From Heterodontus francisci (Eukaryota), in contig NC_090378.1 in NCBI RefSeq assembly GCF_036365525.1, positions 25,821,953 to 25,885,952 of the forward strand: 64,000 nt of DNA, written 5' to 3'. Positions within the stretch are counted from its first letter, which is position 1. Each line of letters begins with the position of its first letter. Positions 13,040 to 25,215 of this stretch are shown here, piece after piece. The notes under the pieces are model-generated. The model had not been told where the DNA came from, made no database searches, and saw nothing but the letters and a program-made list of their open reading frames with translations. Made by a program: the position numbers and the translations under genes.

Positions 13040-14500
13040 AGTAACAGAGAAAGGATTGTCAGAGGAACAGTGGGGCCAATTAGGGACCAAAACAGAGATC
13101 CAATGGTCGAAGCAGAAGGCACAGCTGAGGCAACTAAATGAATATTTTGCATCAGTGTTTACCAAGACTTTGCCAAAGTGATGGTGAACGAGTGGGTTGC
13201 CGGGACACTGGATGTGAAAAAACTAAAGTGGAGGTACGAAAAAAGGCCGGCAGTAGATAAGTCACTTAGTCCAAATGGGATCCCAGACTGAAGGAAATAT
13301 GGGCAGAAATTGTGGAGTTGCTGGCCACAATCTTCCGATCCTCTCTAGATACAAAGGAATAAAGGACTGCAAAAGTTACATCCTTGTTCAAAAAAGGGAA
13401 GAAAGATAAAACTGGCAATTACAGGCCAGTCAGTTTAACGTCAGTAGTGGGGAAGGTTTTAGAAACAATAATCCAGGAGAAAATTAACAGCCACTTGGAC
13501 AAGCATGGACCAATAATGCAGAGCCAGCTCAAATTTGTTAAGGGCAAAACATGTTTGGCTAACTTGATTTTTAAAGAGGTAACAGAGAGAGTGGATGAGG
13601 GTAGTGCAGTTGATGGGTATATGGACTGTCAAAAGGCATTTGATAAAGTACTACACATTAGACTGGTTAGCAAAATTGAAACCCACGGGACAAAAGGGGC
13701 AGTAACAGTGGGCTGAATTTTTCCAGCTCGCTGCGAGCTTCAAAAATGGCATGGCGCACATGCGAGATGCGCACCACAGAGCTACCATGATATTTATCGC
13801 AGCAGCTCATTTAAACGATAACGAGGAGGGGGAGGACGCTCCGCCCCAGCAACAGCGTCCGGCGCCACCACGCAAGCATCATTTTTAAAGGGCTTCAAGC
13901 CCTTCCAATTCAATACATTTTTTAAAGTAATAGGGAGAGTGAATTTAAATTTTAAAACTTAATAATACCCTCTCCCACCAAATCCCCCATGACAAAACAG
14001 ATTATTTGCCCACCCGCCACCAAAAAAATTACTTACCTCTCGGTCCCGATCCTCCCCCCACAAAGTTTATATACTTTGAACCATACCCCTTCTCACCATC
14101 CCCTAGACCAATCAAAATGGTTTCACCCCGCTTCCAACCCTCCCGCCCTGAAGACTTACTTCCTCCCCCTCCCCACCAGTGTCCTGCATTGGATCTCTGG
14201 TTGGAGATCCGAAGGCGCAGGAGTCCTGGCAACTGGCCGGAATACGGCAGCGGGACAGCCAATGGGAGCAAGTATGTTAATTAATGCATTAATTAATATA
14301 CTTAAATACGCCATGGCCAATAACATGGGGTGGGGCCTTCGGGAGAGGCTCACTACGGACCTCGATGCTGGGGAGGCATTTTCTGGGCCACCCCACCCCC
14401 CCCAACCCCACCCTGGCCATGACCCCTGACATCGGAGGGCTGGTAAAAATCCAGCCCAGCATTGATACAAAATTGGCTAAGGGACAGAAACCGAGTGATT
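13040..14500 (+). mobile_element. Decayed CR1 LINE RT fragment interrupted by a MITE
   Basis: GNYRPVSLTSVVGK and YMDCQKAFDKV motifs; resumes (attgatacaaaattggctaagggacag) after the MITE. Confidence 0.8.
13710..14457. mobile_element. PIF/Harbinger-like MITE
   Basis: TIRs GGGCTGAATTTTT / AAAAATCCAGCCC, flanks AGT/AGC; cleanly interrupts a CR1 RT. Confidence 0.8.
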
Positions 14501-14509
14501 GAGTCATGG

Positions 14510-14898
14510 AGTCATTTATGGCACAGAAAAAAGCCATTTGGTTCATTGAATCCATGCCAGCTCTCCATGGAGATGCAGTCAGTCCCACTCCCCGGCTCGA
14601 TCCCCATTGACCTGCAAGTCTTATTTCTCTCAAGTGGCGATCCAACTTCCTCTTGGAGTCATTGATCGTCTTTGCTTCCAACACCCTTGAGGGCAGCAAG
14701 TTCCAGGTCATTACCACCTGCTGCGTAAAAAGGTGGTTCCTCATATTCCCCCTGCATCTTTTGCCAAAACTTTCAATCCATATCCCCAAGTCCTTGTACC
14801 ATGAGTTAATGGGAACAGTTTTTTCTTGTCGAACTTATCTAAACCTGTCATAATCTTGTACACTTCTATGAAATCTCCCTTCAATCTTCTTTGCTCTA
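14510..14898 (-). mobile_element. CR1 LINE 3' end; the element continues at about 18125-18570 after the nested CR1
   Basis: LEQRRLKGDFIEVYKIM and LFTQQVVMTWNLLP motifs. Confidence 0.75.
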
Positions 14899-14899
14899 A

Positions 14900-17800
14900 A
14901 AATAGAAAATAGGAGGAGTAGGCCATTTGGCCCTTCGAGCCTGTTCCGCCATTCATTATGAACATGGCTGATCATCCAACTCAGTAGCCTGTTCCCGCTT
15001 CCGCCCCATACCCTTTGATCCTTTAGACCCAAGAACCAAATCTAACTCCTTCTTGAAAACACACAGTGTTTTGGCCTCAACTGCTTTCTGTAGTAGCGAA
15101 TTGCACGGGCTCACCACTCTCTAGGTGAAGAAATTTCTCCTCATCTCAGTCCTGAAAAGTTTACCCCCGCATCCTTAGACTATGACCCCTGGTTCAGGAC
15201 TCCCCCACCATCGTGAACATCCTTCCTGCATCTACCCTGTCAAGTCCTGTTAGAATTTTATAGGTTTCTATGAGATCCCCCCTCAATCTTCTGAACTCCA
15301 GCGAATATAATCCTAACTGACTCAATCTCTCCTCATACGTCAGTCCCGCCATCCCAGTATTCAGTCTGGTAAACCTTCGCTGCACTCCCTCTGTAGCAAA
15401 AACATCCTTCCTCAGATAAGGCGACCAAAACGGCACACGATATTCCAGGTGTGGCCTCACCAAGGCCCTGTATAATTGCAGCATGACAACCTTGCTCCTG
15501 TACTCGAATCCTCTTGCTATGAAGGCCAACATACCATTTGCCTTTTTTACCGCCTGTTGGACCTGCATGCTTACCTTCAGCGACTGGTGTACGAGAACAC
15601 CCAAGTCTCTCTGTATATTCCCTTCTCTCAGTTTATAGCCATTTAGATAATAATCTGCCTTCCTGTTTTTGCGACCAAAGTGGATAACCTCACATTTAGC
15701 CACATTATACTGCATTTGCCATGCATTAGCCCACTCACTCAACTTGTCCAGATCACCCTGAAGCCTCTCTGCATCCTCCTCACAACTCACCCTCCCACCC
15801 AGTTTTGTCTCATCTACAAATTTGGAGATATTACATTTAGTTCCCTCATCTAAATCATTAATATATATTGTGAATAGCTGGGGTCCTCGCACCAATCCCG
15901 GTGGTACCCGCTAGTCACTGCCTGTCATTCGGAAAAAGACCCATTTATCCCTACGCTTTGTTTCCTGTCTGCCAACCAATTTCTATCCATCACAATACAC
16001 TACCTCCAATCCCATGTGCTTTAATTTTACACGCTAATCTCTTATGTGGGACTTTGTCAAAAGCCTTCTGAAAGTCCAAATAAACCACATCCAATGGCTC
16101 CCCCTCATCAACTCTACGAGTTACATCCTCGAAGAATTCTAGTAGATTTGTCAAACATGATTTCCCTTTTGTAAATCCATGCTGACTCTGTCCGATTCTA
16201 CCACTGTCCTCCAAGTGCTCTGCTGTAAAATCTTTGATAATGGACTCTAGAATTTTCCCCATTATTGACGTCAAGCTGACTGGTCTATTATTCCCTGCTT
16301 TCTCTCTATCTCCCTTTTTAAATAGTGGGGTTACTTTAGCTACCCTCCAATCTGTAGGAACTGTTCCAGAGTCTGTAGAATCTTGGAAGATGACCACCAA
16401 TGCATCCACTATTTTTAGGGCCACTTCCTTAAGTACTCTGGGATGCAGACCATCAGGCCCTAGGGATTTATCAGCCTTCAATCCCATTAATTTCCCCAAC
16501 ACCATTTCTCTATTAATACTAATTTCCTTCAGTTCCTCTTTCTCACTAAGCCCTGTGTTCCCCAACATTTCTGGGATGATATTTGTGTCCTCCTTTGTGA
16601 AGAAAGAACCAAAGTATGCATTTAGTTGGTCAGCCATTTCTTTGTTCCCCATAATAAATTCCCGTTTCTGACTGTAAGGGACCCACATTTGTCTTCACCA
16701 ATCTTTTTCTTTTCACATACCTAAAGAAACGTTTACAGTCAGTTTTTATGTTCCCCGCAAGCTTGCTCTCATACTCTATTTTCCCCTTCTTAATCAATCC
16801 CTGGTCCTCCTTTGCCGAATTCTAAACTGCTCCCAATCCTCAGGTCTGTTGTTTTTCTTGGCAAATTTCTTGGCCTCTTCCTTGGATCTAATGCTATCAC
16901 TAATTTCCCTTGTAAGGCATGGTTTGGCTACCTTTCTCATTTTACTTTTGCGCCAGACAGGGATAAACAATTGTTGCGGTTTATTCATGCGCTCTTTAAA
17001 TGTTTGCCATTGCGTATCCACCATCATCCCTTTAAGTAAGGTTTCCCAATCTGTCATGGCCAACTTGCGCCTCATACCTTCGTAGTTTCCTTTACTAAGA
17101 TTCAGGACTCTAGTCTCAGAATCAACTACGTCACTCTCCATCTTGATGAAGAATTCTATCATATCATGGTCGCTCATCCCCAAGGGGTCTCTGCACCACT
17201 AGATTTTCAATTATTCCTCTCTCATTACATAATACCCAATATAGGATGGCCTGTTCTCTAGTTGGTTCCTCAACATATTGGTCCAGAGAAACATCCCGTA
17301 TACACCCCAAGCATTCATCCTCTACGGTATTGTGACTAATTTGATTTGCCCAATCTATCTGCAGATTAGAGTCATCCATAATTACAGATGTTCCTTTATC
17401 GCATGCGGATCTAATTTCCTGTTCAATGCCATTCCCAACATCACCACTACAGTTTGGGGGTCTATATACAACCCCCACTAACGTTTTTTGCCCCTTAGTG
17501 TTTCTCAGCTCTACCCAAACAGATTCCACATCGTCAGAGCCAATACCTTTCCTCACTATTGCGTTAATTTCCTCTTTAACCAGCAATGCAACTCCACCAC
17601 CTTTTACTTTTTGTCTGACCTTCCTAAATACTGAATACCTCTGGATGTTTATTTTCCTGGTCACCTTGCAGCCATGTCAACTATATCACACCCGTTTACA
17701 TCTATTTGTGCGATTAATTCATCCACTTTATTGCGAATGCTCCGCGTGTTAAAGCACAAAGTCTTAAGGCTTGTCTTTTTAACATTATTTGTCCCCTTCC

Positions 17801-18123
17801 CACTATTTTTCACTGTGGCCCTGTTTGATTCTGGCCCTAGATTTCTCTGCCCATCACTTTTCTTATTCCCCTTACTGTCTTTTGTTCTGGTCTTTGATCC
17901 CCCTTCTTTGACTGCTTGCAAAGGTTCCCATCCCCCTGCCATTTACGTTTAAACCCTCCCCAACCACTCTAGCAAATACTCCCCCCTAGGACATCAGCCC
18001 TGGTCCAGCCCAGGTTAACCCGTACAGTTTGTACTGGTCCCACCTCTCCCAGAACTGGTCCCAATGTCCCAAGAATCTAAAACCCTCCCCCTCACACCAT
18101 CTCTTCAGCCACGTACTCATTCG
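14900..18123 (-). mobile_element. Near full-length CR1 LINE (end of ORF1, APE endonuclease, RT), frameshifted
   Basis: APE motifs FNTRSIRNKVDEL, GGGVALLV, VGVVYRPP and MSDHDMIEF; RT motifs YLDFQKAFDKV and FVDETKLGG; CR1 3' tail. Confidence 0.93.
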
Positions 18124-18574
18124 AACAAACTCAGCATTTCCAATCTAACCTTGTAACTAAAATCTCCCACCCCTGGAACCATTCTGGTAAATCTCCTCTG
18201 CACCCCCTCAAGGGCCCTCACATCTTTCCTGAAGTTTGGTGACCAGAACTGGATGCAATACCCCAGGTGGGACCTAACCAGAGCTTTACAAAAGGTTCAA
18301 CATAACTTCCCTGCTTTTGAATTCAATGCCTCGGTTTATGAAATCCAAAATCCCGTATATGCTTTACTAACCACTCTGTCAATATGTCCTGCCACCTTCA
18401 AAGATCTATGCACATGCACCCCTAAATCCCTCTGTTCCTGCACACTCTTTAGAACTGTCATTAATATGTTGCCTCTCCCTATTCCTTCTGCCAAAATTCA
18501 TCACCTCACACTTGTCAGTATTACATTCCATCTGCCATGTCTCTGCCCATTCTGCTAGCTTATCTATAACCCTG

Positions 18575-18643
18575 TTACAGAGAATTAGCTTAGGCATCTG
18601 GATTACTAGTCCAGTAACATTACCACTATGCCACCATCTCCCC
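18575..18643 (-). mobile_element. tRNA-like head fragment of the SINE/LINE family at 19620 and 32339
   Basis: Reverse complement ggagatggtggcatagtggtaatgttactggactagtaatccag matches 32341-32380. Confidence 0.7.
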
Positions 18644-19130
18644 CTAAATATTGGGTACATCTTGGGCCTCATCATTCAGGTGCGCGTTTTGGTTCCTGCA
18701 TCCGCTGCATGCCCAAAAACGGGCCCATACAAATGTATTAATATGGCATGCTGTGTGAAAGGATCAATGGGGGTGTTTTACCAGTAAAAATATGATGGTC
18801 TTTAATTAGGTGTAGCGAATAGGCAGCAGTTTACTGAACTTCAGGCCTCCGTGCGCCATTACAGCTTACAATAGTGAAGAAAGCTGTCCATTTAAATGGT
18901 GCTTTATTTCTTCCCTTAGAAAAAGATTTCAAAACACATCACATGCAATGAATGTCTTTGAACTGCAGTGACTGTTATGAAGACAGACAAGGCAGCCAGT
19001 TTGCATAAAGCAAAAGTTCACAAATATCAGTGAAATAAATAACCATTTAACCATTTGTGCATGGGGTTGAAATGCTGGGCAGGTCACTTGCTGAAACTCC
19101 TGCCCATCTGCAAATAGTGCCAAGGGATTT

Positions 19131-19486
19131 TTAGATTTTTTAGATTTAGAGATACAGCACTGAAACAGGCCCTTCGGCCCACCGAGTCTGCGCTGACCAT
19201 TAACCACCCATTTATAGCAATCCTACACTAATCCCATATTCCTACCACATCCTCACCTGTCCCTATATTACCCTACCACCTACCTATACTCGGGGCAATT
19301 TATAATGGCCAATTAACCGGTCAACCTGCAAGTCTTTTTGCTGTGGGAGGAAACCGGAGCACCCGGAGGAAACCCACGCAGACACAGGGAGAACTTGCAA
19401 ACTCCACACGGGCAGTACCCAGAATTGAACCCGGGTCGCTGGAGCTGTGAGGCTGCAGTGCTAACCACTGCGCCACTGTGCCGCCC
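19131..19486 (-). mobile_element. HE1-type V-SINE
   Basis: tRNA head gggcggcacagtggcgcagtggttagc; V-domain gtctgcgtgggtttcctccgggtgctccggtttcctccca; CR1-like tail ggccgaagggcctgtttcagtgctg. Confidence 0.9.
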
Positions 19487-19617
19487 TGAACCATTAAAAT
19501 AAAACAGCAAACAGTTTAACATCTCGTTGGAAATAAATTAAAACAAGGGAAAGCTGGTAATAAAGGAAAGGTTAGGACCTTCAGAAGAGGAGATTAAATT
19601 CCAAAATAAAAGTGGAG

Positions 19618-20040
19618 GGGTATGATAGCAGAGTGGTTACGTTACTAGATTAGTAACCTAGTGGCCTGGACTAATGACTTGGAGATATGAGTTCAAATCC
19701 CACCATATCAGTTAGGGAATTTAAATTCAATTAATTAAATAAAATCTGTAATAAAAAGCTCAGATCAGTAATGGTGACCATGAAACTACCAGATTATGGT
19801 AACAATTAATTTGGTTCACTAATATCCTTTAGGGAAGGAAATCTGCTGTCCTTTTCTGGTCTGTGACATGTGACTCTGGCCCACAGCGATATGGTTGACG
19901 CCTAACTGCCCTCTGAAATGGCCTAGCAAGTCACTCAGTTGCCTTCAAGGTGGCGGCTCACCCCTGCCTTCTCAAGGGTAGTAAGGGATGGACAATAAAT
20001 GTCTTACCAGTGATGCCCACATCCAGTGAATGAATAAAAG
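19618..20040 (+). mobile_element. tRNA-headed SINE sharing its 5' ~310 bp and 3' ~100 bp with the LINE at 32339-35259
   Basis: A box TAGCAGAGTGG (19626), B box GAGTTCAAATCC (19689); body matches 32341-32655 and tail matches 35155-35250; ends tgaatgaataaa. Confidence 0.85.
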
Positions 20041-20189
20041 AAACATTAAACAGAACACGTGGCAGGGGCATTTGGTGGAGAGTGACAGTGGGAGAATGAT
20101 ACGGATGAGCATAGCTTAGTTTCCCCTCCAAATTGCTTTTGCATTTTCTGTTCAGTATATATCCTCTTCAGCATGACTCCCCTATCATC

Positions 20190-20890
20190 TTAAGTCAGAA
20201 GGTTGAGTTTCGAGAGATACAGCACTGAAACAGGCCCTTCAGCCCACCGAGTCTGTGCCGACCATCAACCACACATTTATACTAATCCTACACTAATCTC
20301 ATAGTCCTACCACATCCCCACCTGTCCCTATATTTCCCTACCACCTACCTATACTCGGGGCAATTTATAATGGCCAATTAACCTATCAACCTGCAAGTCT
20401 TTTTGCTGTGGGAGGAAACCGGAGCACCCGGAGGAAACCCACGCAGACACAGGGAGAACTCGCAAACTCCACACAGGCAGTACCCGGATTTGAACCCGGG
20501 TCGCTGGAGCTGTGAGGCTGCAGTACTAACCACTGCGCCACTGTGCCGCCCCAAAGGTTGATTAAGCCCCACTAGGGACTTAAGTACTCAAACAAGACTG
20601 AAACATCAGAGAGAGGGTGGCATTGTTGGAGGTGCTACCTTTATGATGGAACATTAAACAGAGACCCTGTCTGCTAAAGATTCCACGGCACCTTTTCCAA
20701 AGACGAGCAGGGAGATCTGGTGCTCTGGCCAACAATTATCCCTCAACCAATGTCATCAAAACGAATGAACTGGTCATTTACCTCCTTGCTGTTTGTGGGA
20801 GCTTCCGACATACAAACTGCTGTGTTTGCCTGCTAAACATGTGGCCATACTTCAAAAGAACAGCATTATATAAATGCAAGGCTTTTCTTT
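20190..20890 (+). mobile_element. SacSINE1-type SINE interrupted by an HE1 SINE
   Basis: agtcagaaggttg head split by the HE1 insertion with aaggttga duplicated; Deu-type body follows. Confidence 0.7.
20213..20552 (-). mobile_element. HE1-type V-SINE
   Basis: Highly similar to 19131-19486. Confidence 0.9.
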
Positions 20891-20931
20891 CTCATTCCTA
20901 AGTTTTTATGGTCCTGATTTTCTTTATATCG

Positions 20932-22325
20932 AACAAAGAACAGTACAGCACAGAAACAGGCCATTCGGCCCTCCAAGCCTGCGCCGATCTTGATGCTTGC
21001 CTAAACTAAAACCTTCTGCACTTCCGGGGACCGCATCCCTCTATTCCCATCCTATTCATGTATTTGTCAAGATGCCTCTTAAACGTCGCTATCGTACCTG
21101 CTTCCACCACCTACCCCGGCAGCAAGTTCCAGGCACTCACCACCCTCTGTGGAAAGAACTTGCCTCACACATCCCCTCTAAACTTTGCTCCTCTCACCTT
21201 AAATCTATGTCCTCTAGTAACTGACTCTTCCACCCTGGGAAAAAGCTTCTGACTATTCACTCTGTCCATGCCGCTCATAACTTTGTAAACCTCTATCATG
21301 TCGCCCCTCTACCTCCGTCGTTCCAGTGAAAACAATCCGAGTTTATCCAATCTCTCCTCATAGCTAATGCCCTCCAGACCAGGCAACATCCTGGTAAACC
21401 TCTTCTGTACCCTCTCCAAAGCCTCCACGTCCTTCTGGTAGTGTGGCGACCAGAATTGCACGCAATATTCTAAGTGTGGCCTAACTAAAGTTCTGTACAG
21501 CTGCAGCATGACTTGCCAATTTTTATACTCTATGCCCCGACCAATGAAGGCAAGCATGCCGTATGCCTTCTTGACTACCTTATCCACTTGCGTTGCCACT
21601 ATCAATGACCTGTGGACCTGTACGCCCAGATCTCTCTGCCTGTCAATACTCCTAAGGGTTCTGCCATTTACTGTATACCTCCCACCTGCATTAGACCTTC
21701 CAAAATGCATTACCTCACATTTGTCCGGATTAAATTCCATCTGCCATTTCTCCGCCCAAGTCTCCAACCGATTTATATCCTGCTGTATCCTCTGACAATC
21801 CTCATCACTGTCCGCAACCCCACCAACCTTTGTGTCGTCCGCAAACTTACTAATCAGACCAGCTACATTTTCCTCCAAATCATTTATAAATACTACAAAC
21901 AACAAAGGTCCCAGCACTGATCCCTGCGGAACACCACTAATCACATCCCTCCATTCAGAAAAGCACCCTTCCACTGCTACCCTCTGTCTTCTATGACTGA
22001 GCCAGTTCTGTATCCATCTTGCCAGCTCACCTCTGATCCCGTGTGACTTCACCTTTTGTACCAGTCTGCCATGAGGGACCTTGTCAAAGGCTTTACTGAA
22101 GTCCATATAGATAACATCCACTGCCCTTCCTTCATCAATCATCGTTGTCACTTCCTCAAAAAACTCGATCAAGTTAGTGAGACACGACCTCCCCTTCACA
22201 AAACCATGCTGCCTCTCGCTAATAAGTTCGTTTGTTTTCAAATGGGAGTAAATCCTGGCCCGAAGAATCCTCTCCAATAATTTCCCTACCACTGACTAAG
22301 GCTCACCGGCCGATAATTTCCTGGA
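20932..22325 (-). mobile_element. Young 5'-truncated CR1 LINE with a 327-aa open RT
   Basis: YMDFSKAFDKV, SGVPQGSVLGP and FADDTK motifs; 3' UTR ends in a (TTCTTTG/TTC) tail. Confidence 0.95.
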
Positions 22326-22354
22326 TTTTATCGTTTTCTCTTTATATATTTCCC

Positions 22355-22770
22355 CTTTGTCAGTTGATAGCACTCTCAGTTTTGAGTCAGAAGGCTGTGG
22401 GTTCAAGTCCCACTCCAGAGATTAGAGCACAAAAATTGAGGCTGACACTGCAGTGCTGTACCAAAGGAGTGCTGTACTGCCAGAGGTGCTAACTTTTCGA
22501 TGCAACGTTAAACCGAGGCCCCGTCAGCCCCTCAGGTGAATGTAAAAGATCCCATGGCACTATTTCCCTCAATCAACATCACAAGATCAGATTACAGATT
22601 ATCTGGCCATTATGACATTGCTGTTTGTGGGACCTTGCTGTGCACAAATTGGCGGCTGGGTTTCCCACATTACAACAGTAATTACACTTCAAAAGTACTT
22701 CATTGGCTGTAACGCGCTGTGCGACATACTGAGGTTGTGAAAGGGCCTATATAAATGCAGGCCTTTCTTT
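22355..22770 (+). mobile_element. SacSINE1/DeuSINE-type SINE, near complete
   Basis: B box GGTTCAAGTCC, Deu-type body, tail tatataaatgcagg. Confidence 0.85.
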
Positions 22771-23196
22771 CCTTTGTATTTTGTCAGGTTCTTAATTTTG
22801 TTTTCTTCAGGTGCCTCCCCAGCATTGTATTAAATTGATTTGAAGCAGCTTTTAAATAAAGATAGCGGGAAGAACCTCTTTATTCAAAGAGAATTATACA
22901 CCAAGAACAATCTGTTGACTGGGCAGAAGAGATAAAAATATTAGGGAAATTCAAAACACTGCTGGATGAGCTATAATGGGAAAGTTAGAATGGATGAGCT
23001 TCATTGGAACAACTGGCCTTTTTGCTTTATTTTCTTCTCTCACGTTATTGTCTATTTTCTGAGCTTTTCTCACTAGTAACCCACAATGGCCTTGATCATT
23101 TTTCCTCCGGTTTTTAAACAAATCATTTTACTTTCTCCTGCAGCAGCAACTCACCACTGGTATCATCAATTTATCAAAATCAACATCTCTCCATCT

Positions 23197-23293
23197 CTGA
23201 TGAAGGGTCACTGACCTTAAACGTTAACTCTGCTTCTCTCTCCACAGATGCTGCCTGACCTGCTGAGTATTTCCAGCATTTCTTGTTTTTATT
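23197..23293 (+). mobile_element. Penelope pLTR 3' fragment with a degenerate hammerhead
   Basis: CTGATGAagggtcactgacctTAAAcgttaactc followed by gatgctgcctgacctgctgagt; tctctccatctctga is duplicated on both sides. Confidence 0.8.
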
Positions 23294-23999
23294 TCTCTCC
23301 ATCTCTGATTGACCTGTGCTCACAAGTCGTTAATTTTCAGTGCTTTCATATTTTTTTCACAAGAGATGGCTATGTTTTCTGCCTGACTGGCTGACACTGC
23401 CCTTGGCATAATTAACATTTTGCCCCATTCACCGAGACAACATCCACCTGCTATAGCTTCTCTGCTTTTGTTGAGTCAGCTGCCAAAATATTTAGTGATG
23501 GATTGAAGGGTTTTCTGGAGGATCCTTTTCCCTTTGTGGTGGACCCCAGACTTTCTTGCACAACTCTGCACTCACATTTTTTAAAATCCCAAATGGCAAT
23601 ACACACTTTATCTCCCACATGGCATAGGATTGCACACAAAAGTATAAGCATTAATTTCACAGCGTTCAAAACACCATCCTCACTCACGCACGGAAGTCCG
23701 AAATGTACAGATTCAGTTTAACACCCAAACGTCCACAAAAACATATTGTGTGCACTCCAAATGGAACAAAAATACATTTTGTGGTACCTGTGCAACTGTT
23801 ATCCACCTGGACTGGTGAAAAACCAGATTATAGCATGAAGCAATCAAAGCTGATCCATTGGCACTTGCTCGTGTGCACACTGCAGTAATGCAATGGGGAG
23901 AATTTTCACCGTCTCTTTAGCGGTAATCTGGTTTAGCGTATCATTCACCTTTTGGAGAAACTTGCCCAGGTTTCATCCCATTGAAAGCAAATTGGGCAC

Positions 24000-25215
24000 A
24001 AGAACAGAGAGGCCATTCAGCCCTTCCAGCCTGTTCTGCCATTCAATCTGTTCACAGCTGGTCTGTACCTCAAATCCAATTGCCTTCCAAGATAAATAAT
24101 CCGTTAACATCCTTGCCTAACCAAAATCCATCAATCTCAGTCCTGCGAAAATTTCAATTGATCCAGCAGAGTGTTCCAGATTTCCACCACACTTTGTGTG
24201 AAAAACTACTTCCGGATTTCATTGCTGAATGACCCAGCTCTCATTTTAATTTCTTGTTTTGGATTCTTCACTGGAGGAAATAGTATCTTTCTACCCTACT
24301 GAATCCCTTCTTCATTTTAAACATCTCAATTAGTTCACCCCTCAGCTTTTTAAACTCAAGGGAATACAAACCAAGATTATGCAACTTTTCTCCATAATTT
24401 AATCCTTTAAACCCTGGTTTCACGCTGGTTAATCTGAGATTTTCCCCCGCCAAGACCAATACCTCTTTCCTGAGGTGTGATGCCCAAAACTGAATGCAGT
24501 GCTACAGAAGGGGGTCTGACCAGGACTCTCTACAACGGAATCATAACTTCCTCCCCTTGTATTCCAACCCCATTGAGATAAAGGTCAATATCTCATTAGA
24601 ATTTGAGTACTTTTTTACCTCTGCACTAGGTTTTAGCAATTCATTAACATAGCCACCCAAATCCCTCTCCTCCTTCACAGTTCCTAGCCTATTAAGAAAA
24701 TATTCTTATTTATCTTTCTCAAATTCAAAATGGATGTCCTTGCATTTCCCCACATTAAACTCCATATGCCACTCTTTTGCCCACTCACTTAATCTGTAGA
24801 TCCCTTTGCAACTTCCTGCTCCCAGCTACACCACTTATTGTGTCTCCTAATTTAAATGTCATCGACAAACCTGGACATACACCCAAGTCATTGATGTATG
24901 AAAATCTAAAACCCTAGTACAGGTCCATGGGGAACACCACTTGTCACATTCTGCCAATCGGAGAAAGTTTCCTTTATCCCTACTCTCTATCTCCTGCTTC
25001 CCAACTAATTACCAACCCATGTCACAAGGTTACCTCCAATTGTGTGCGCTTTTATTGTTTTGCTAATAATCTCTTGCATAAAACTTTATCAATTGCCTTC
25101 TGGATGCCTATATAGACAGCATCAATAGACACTCCGCTATCCACCATATTAGTGACCTCCTCAAAAAAACATAACTAGATTACAGACTTGACTTATCTTC
25201 CACAAATCTATGCAG
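24000..25215 (-). mobile_element. Decayed CR1 LINE
   Basis: LNYGEKLHNLGLYSLEFKKLRGELIE motif and CR1 tail. Confidence 0.75.

Noticed and set aside
19313-19522. Recurrent ORF 'GRHSGAVVSTAASQLQRPG...' (also at 20378, 44994, 49684) and possible tRNA genes
   Set aside because: These are translations of HE1 SINE copies; the heads continue into SINE bodies, so they are neither proteins nor true tRNA genes.
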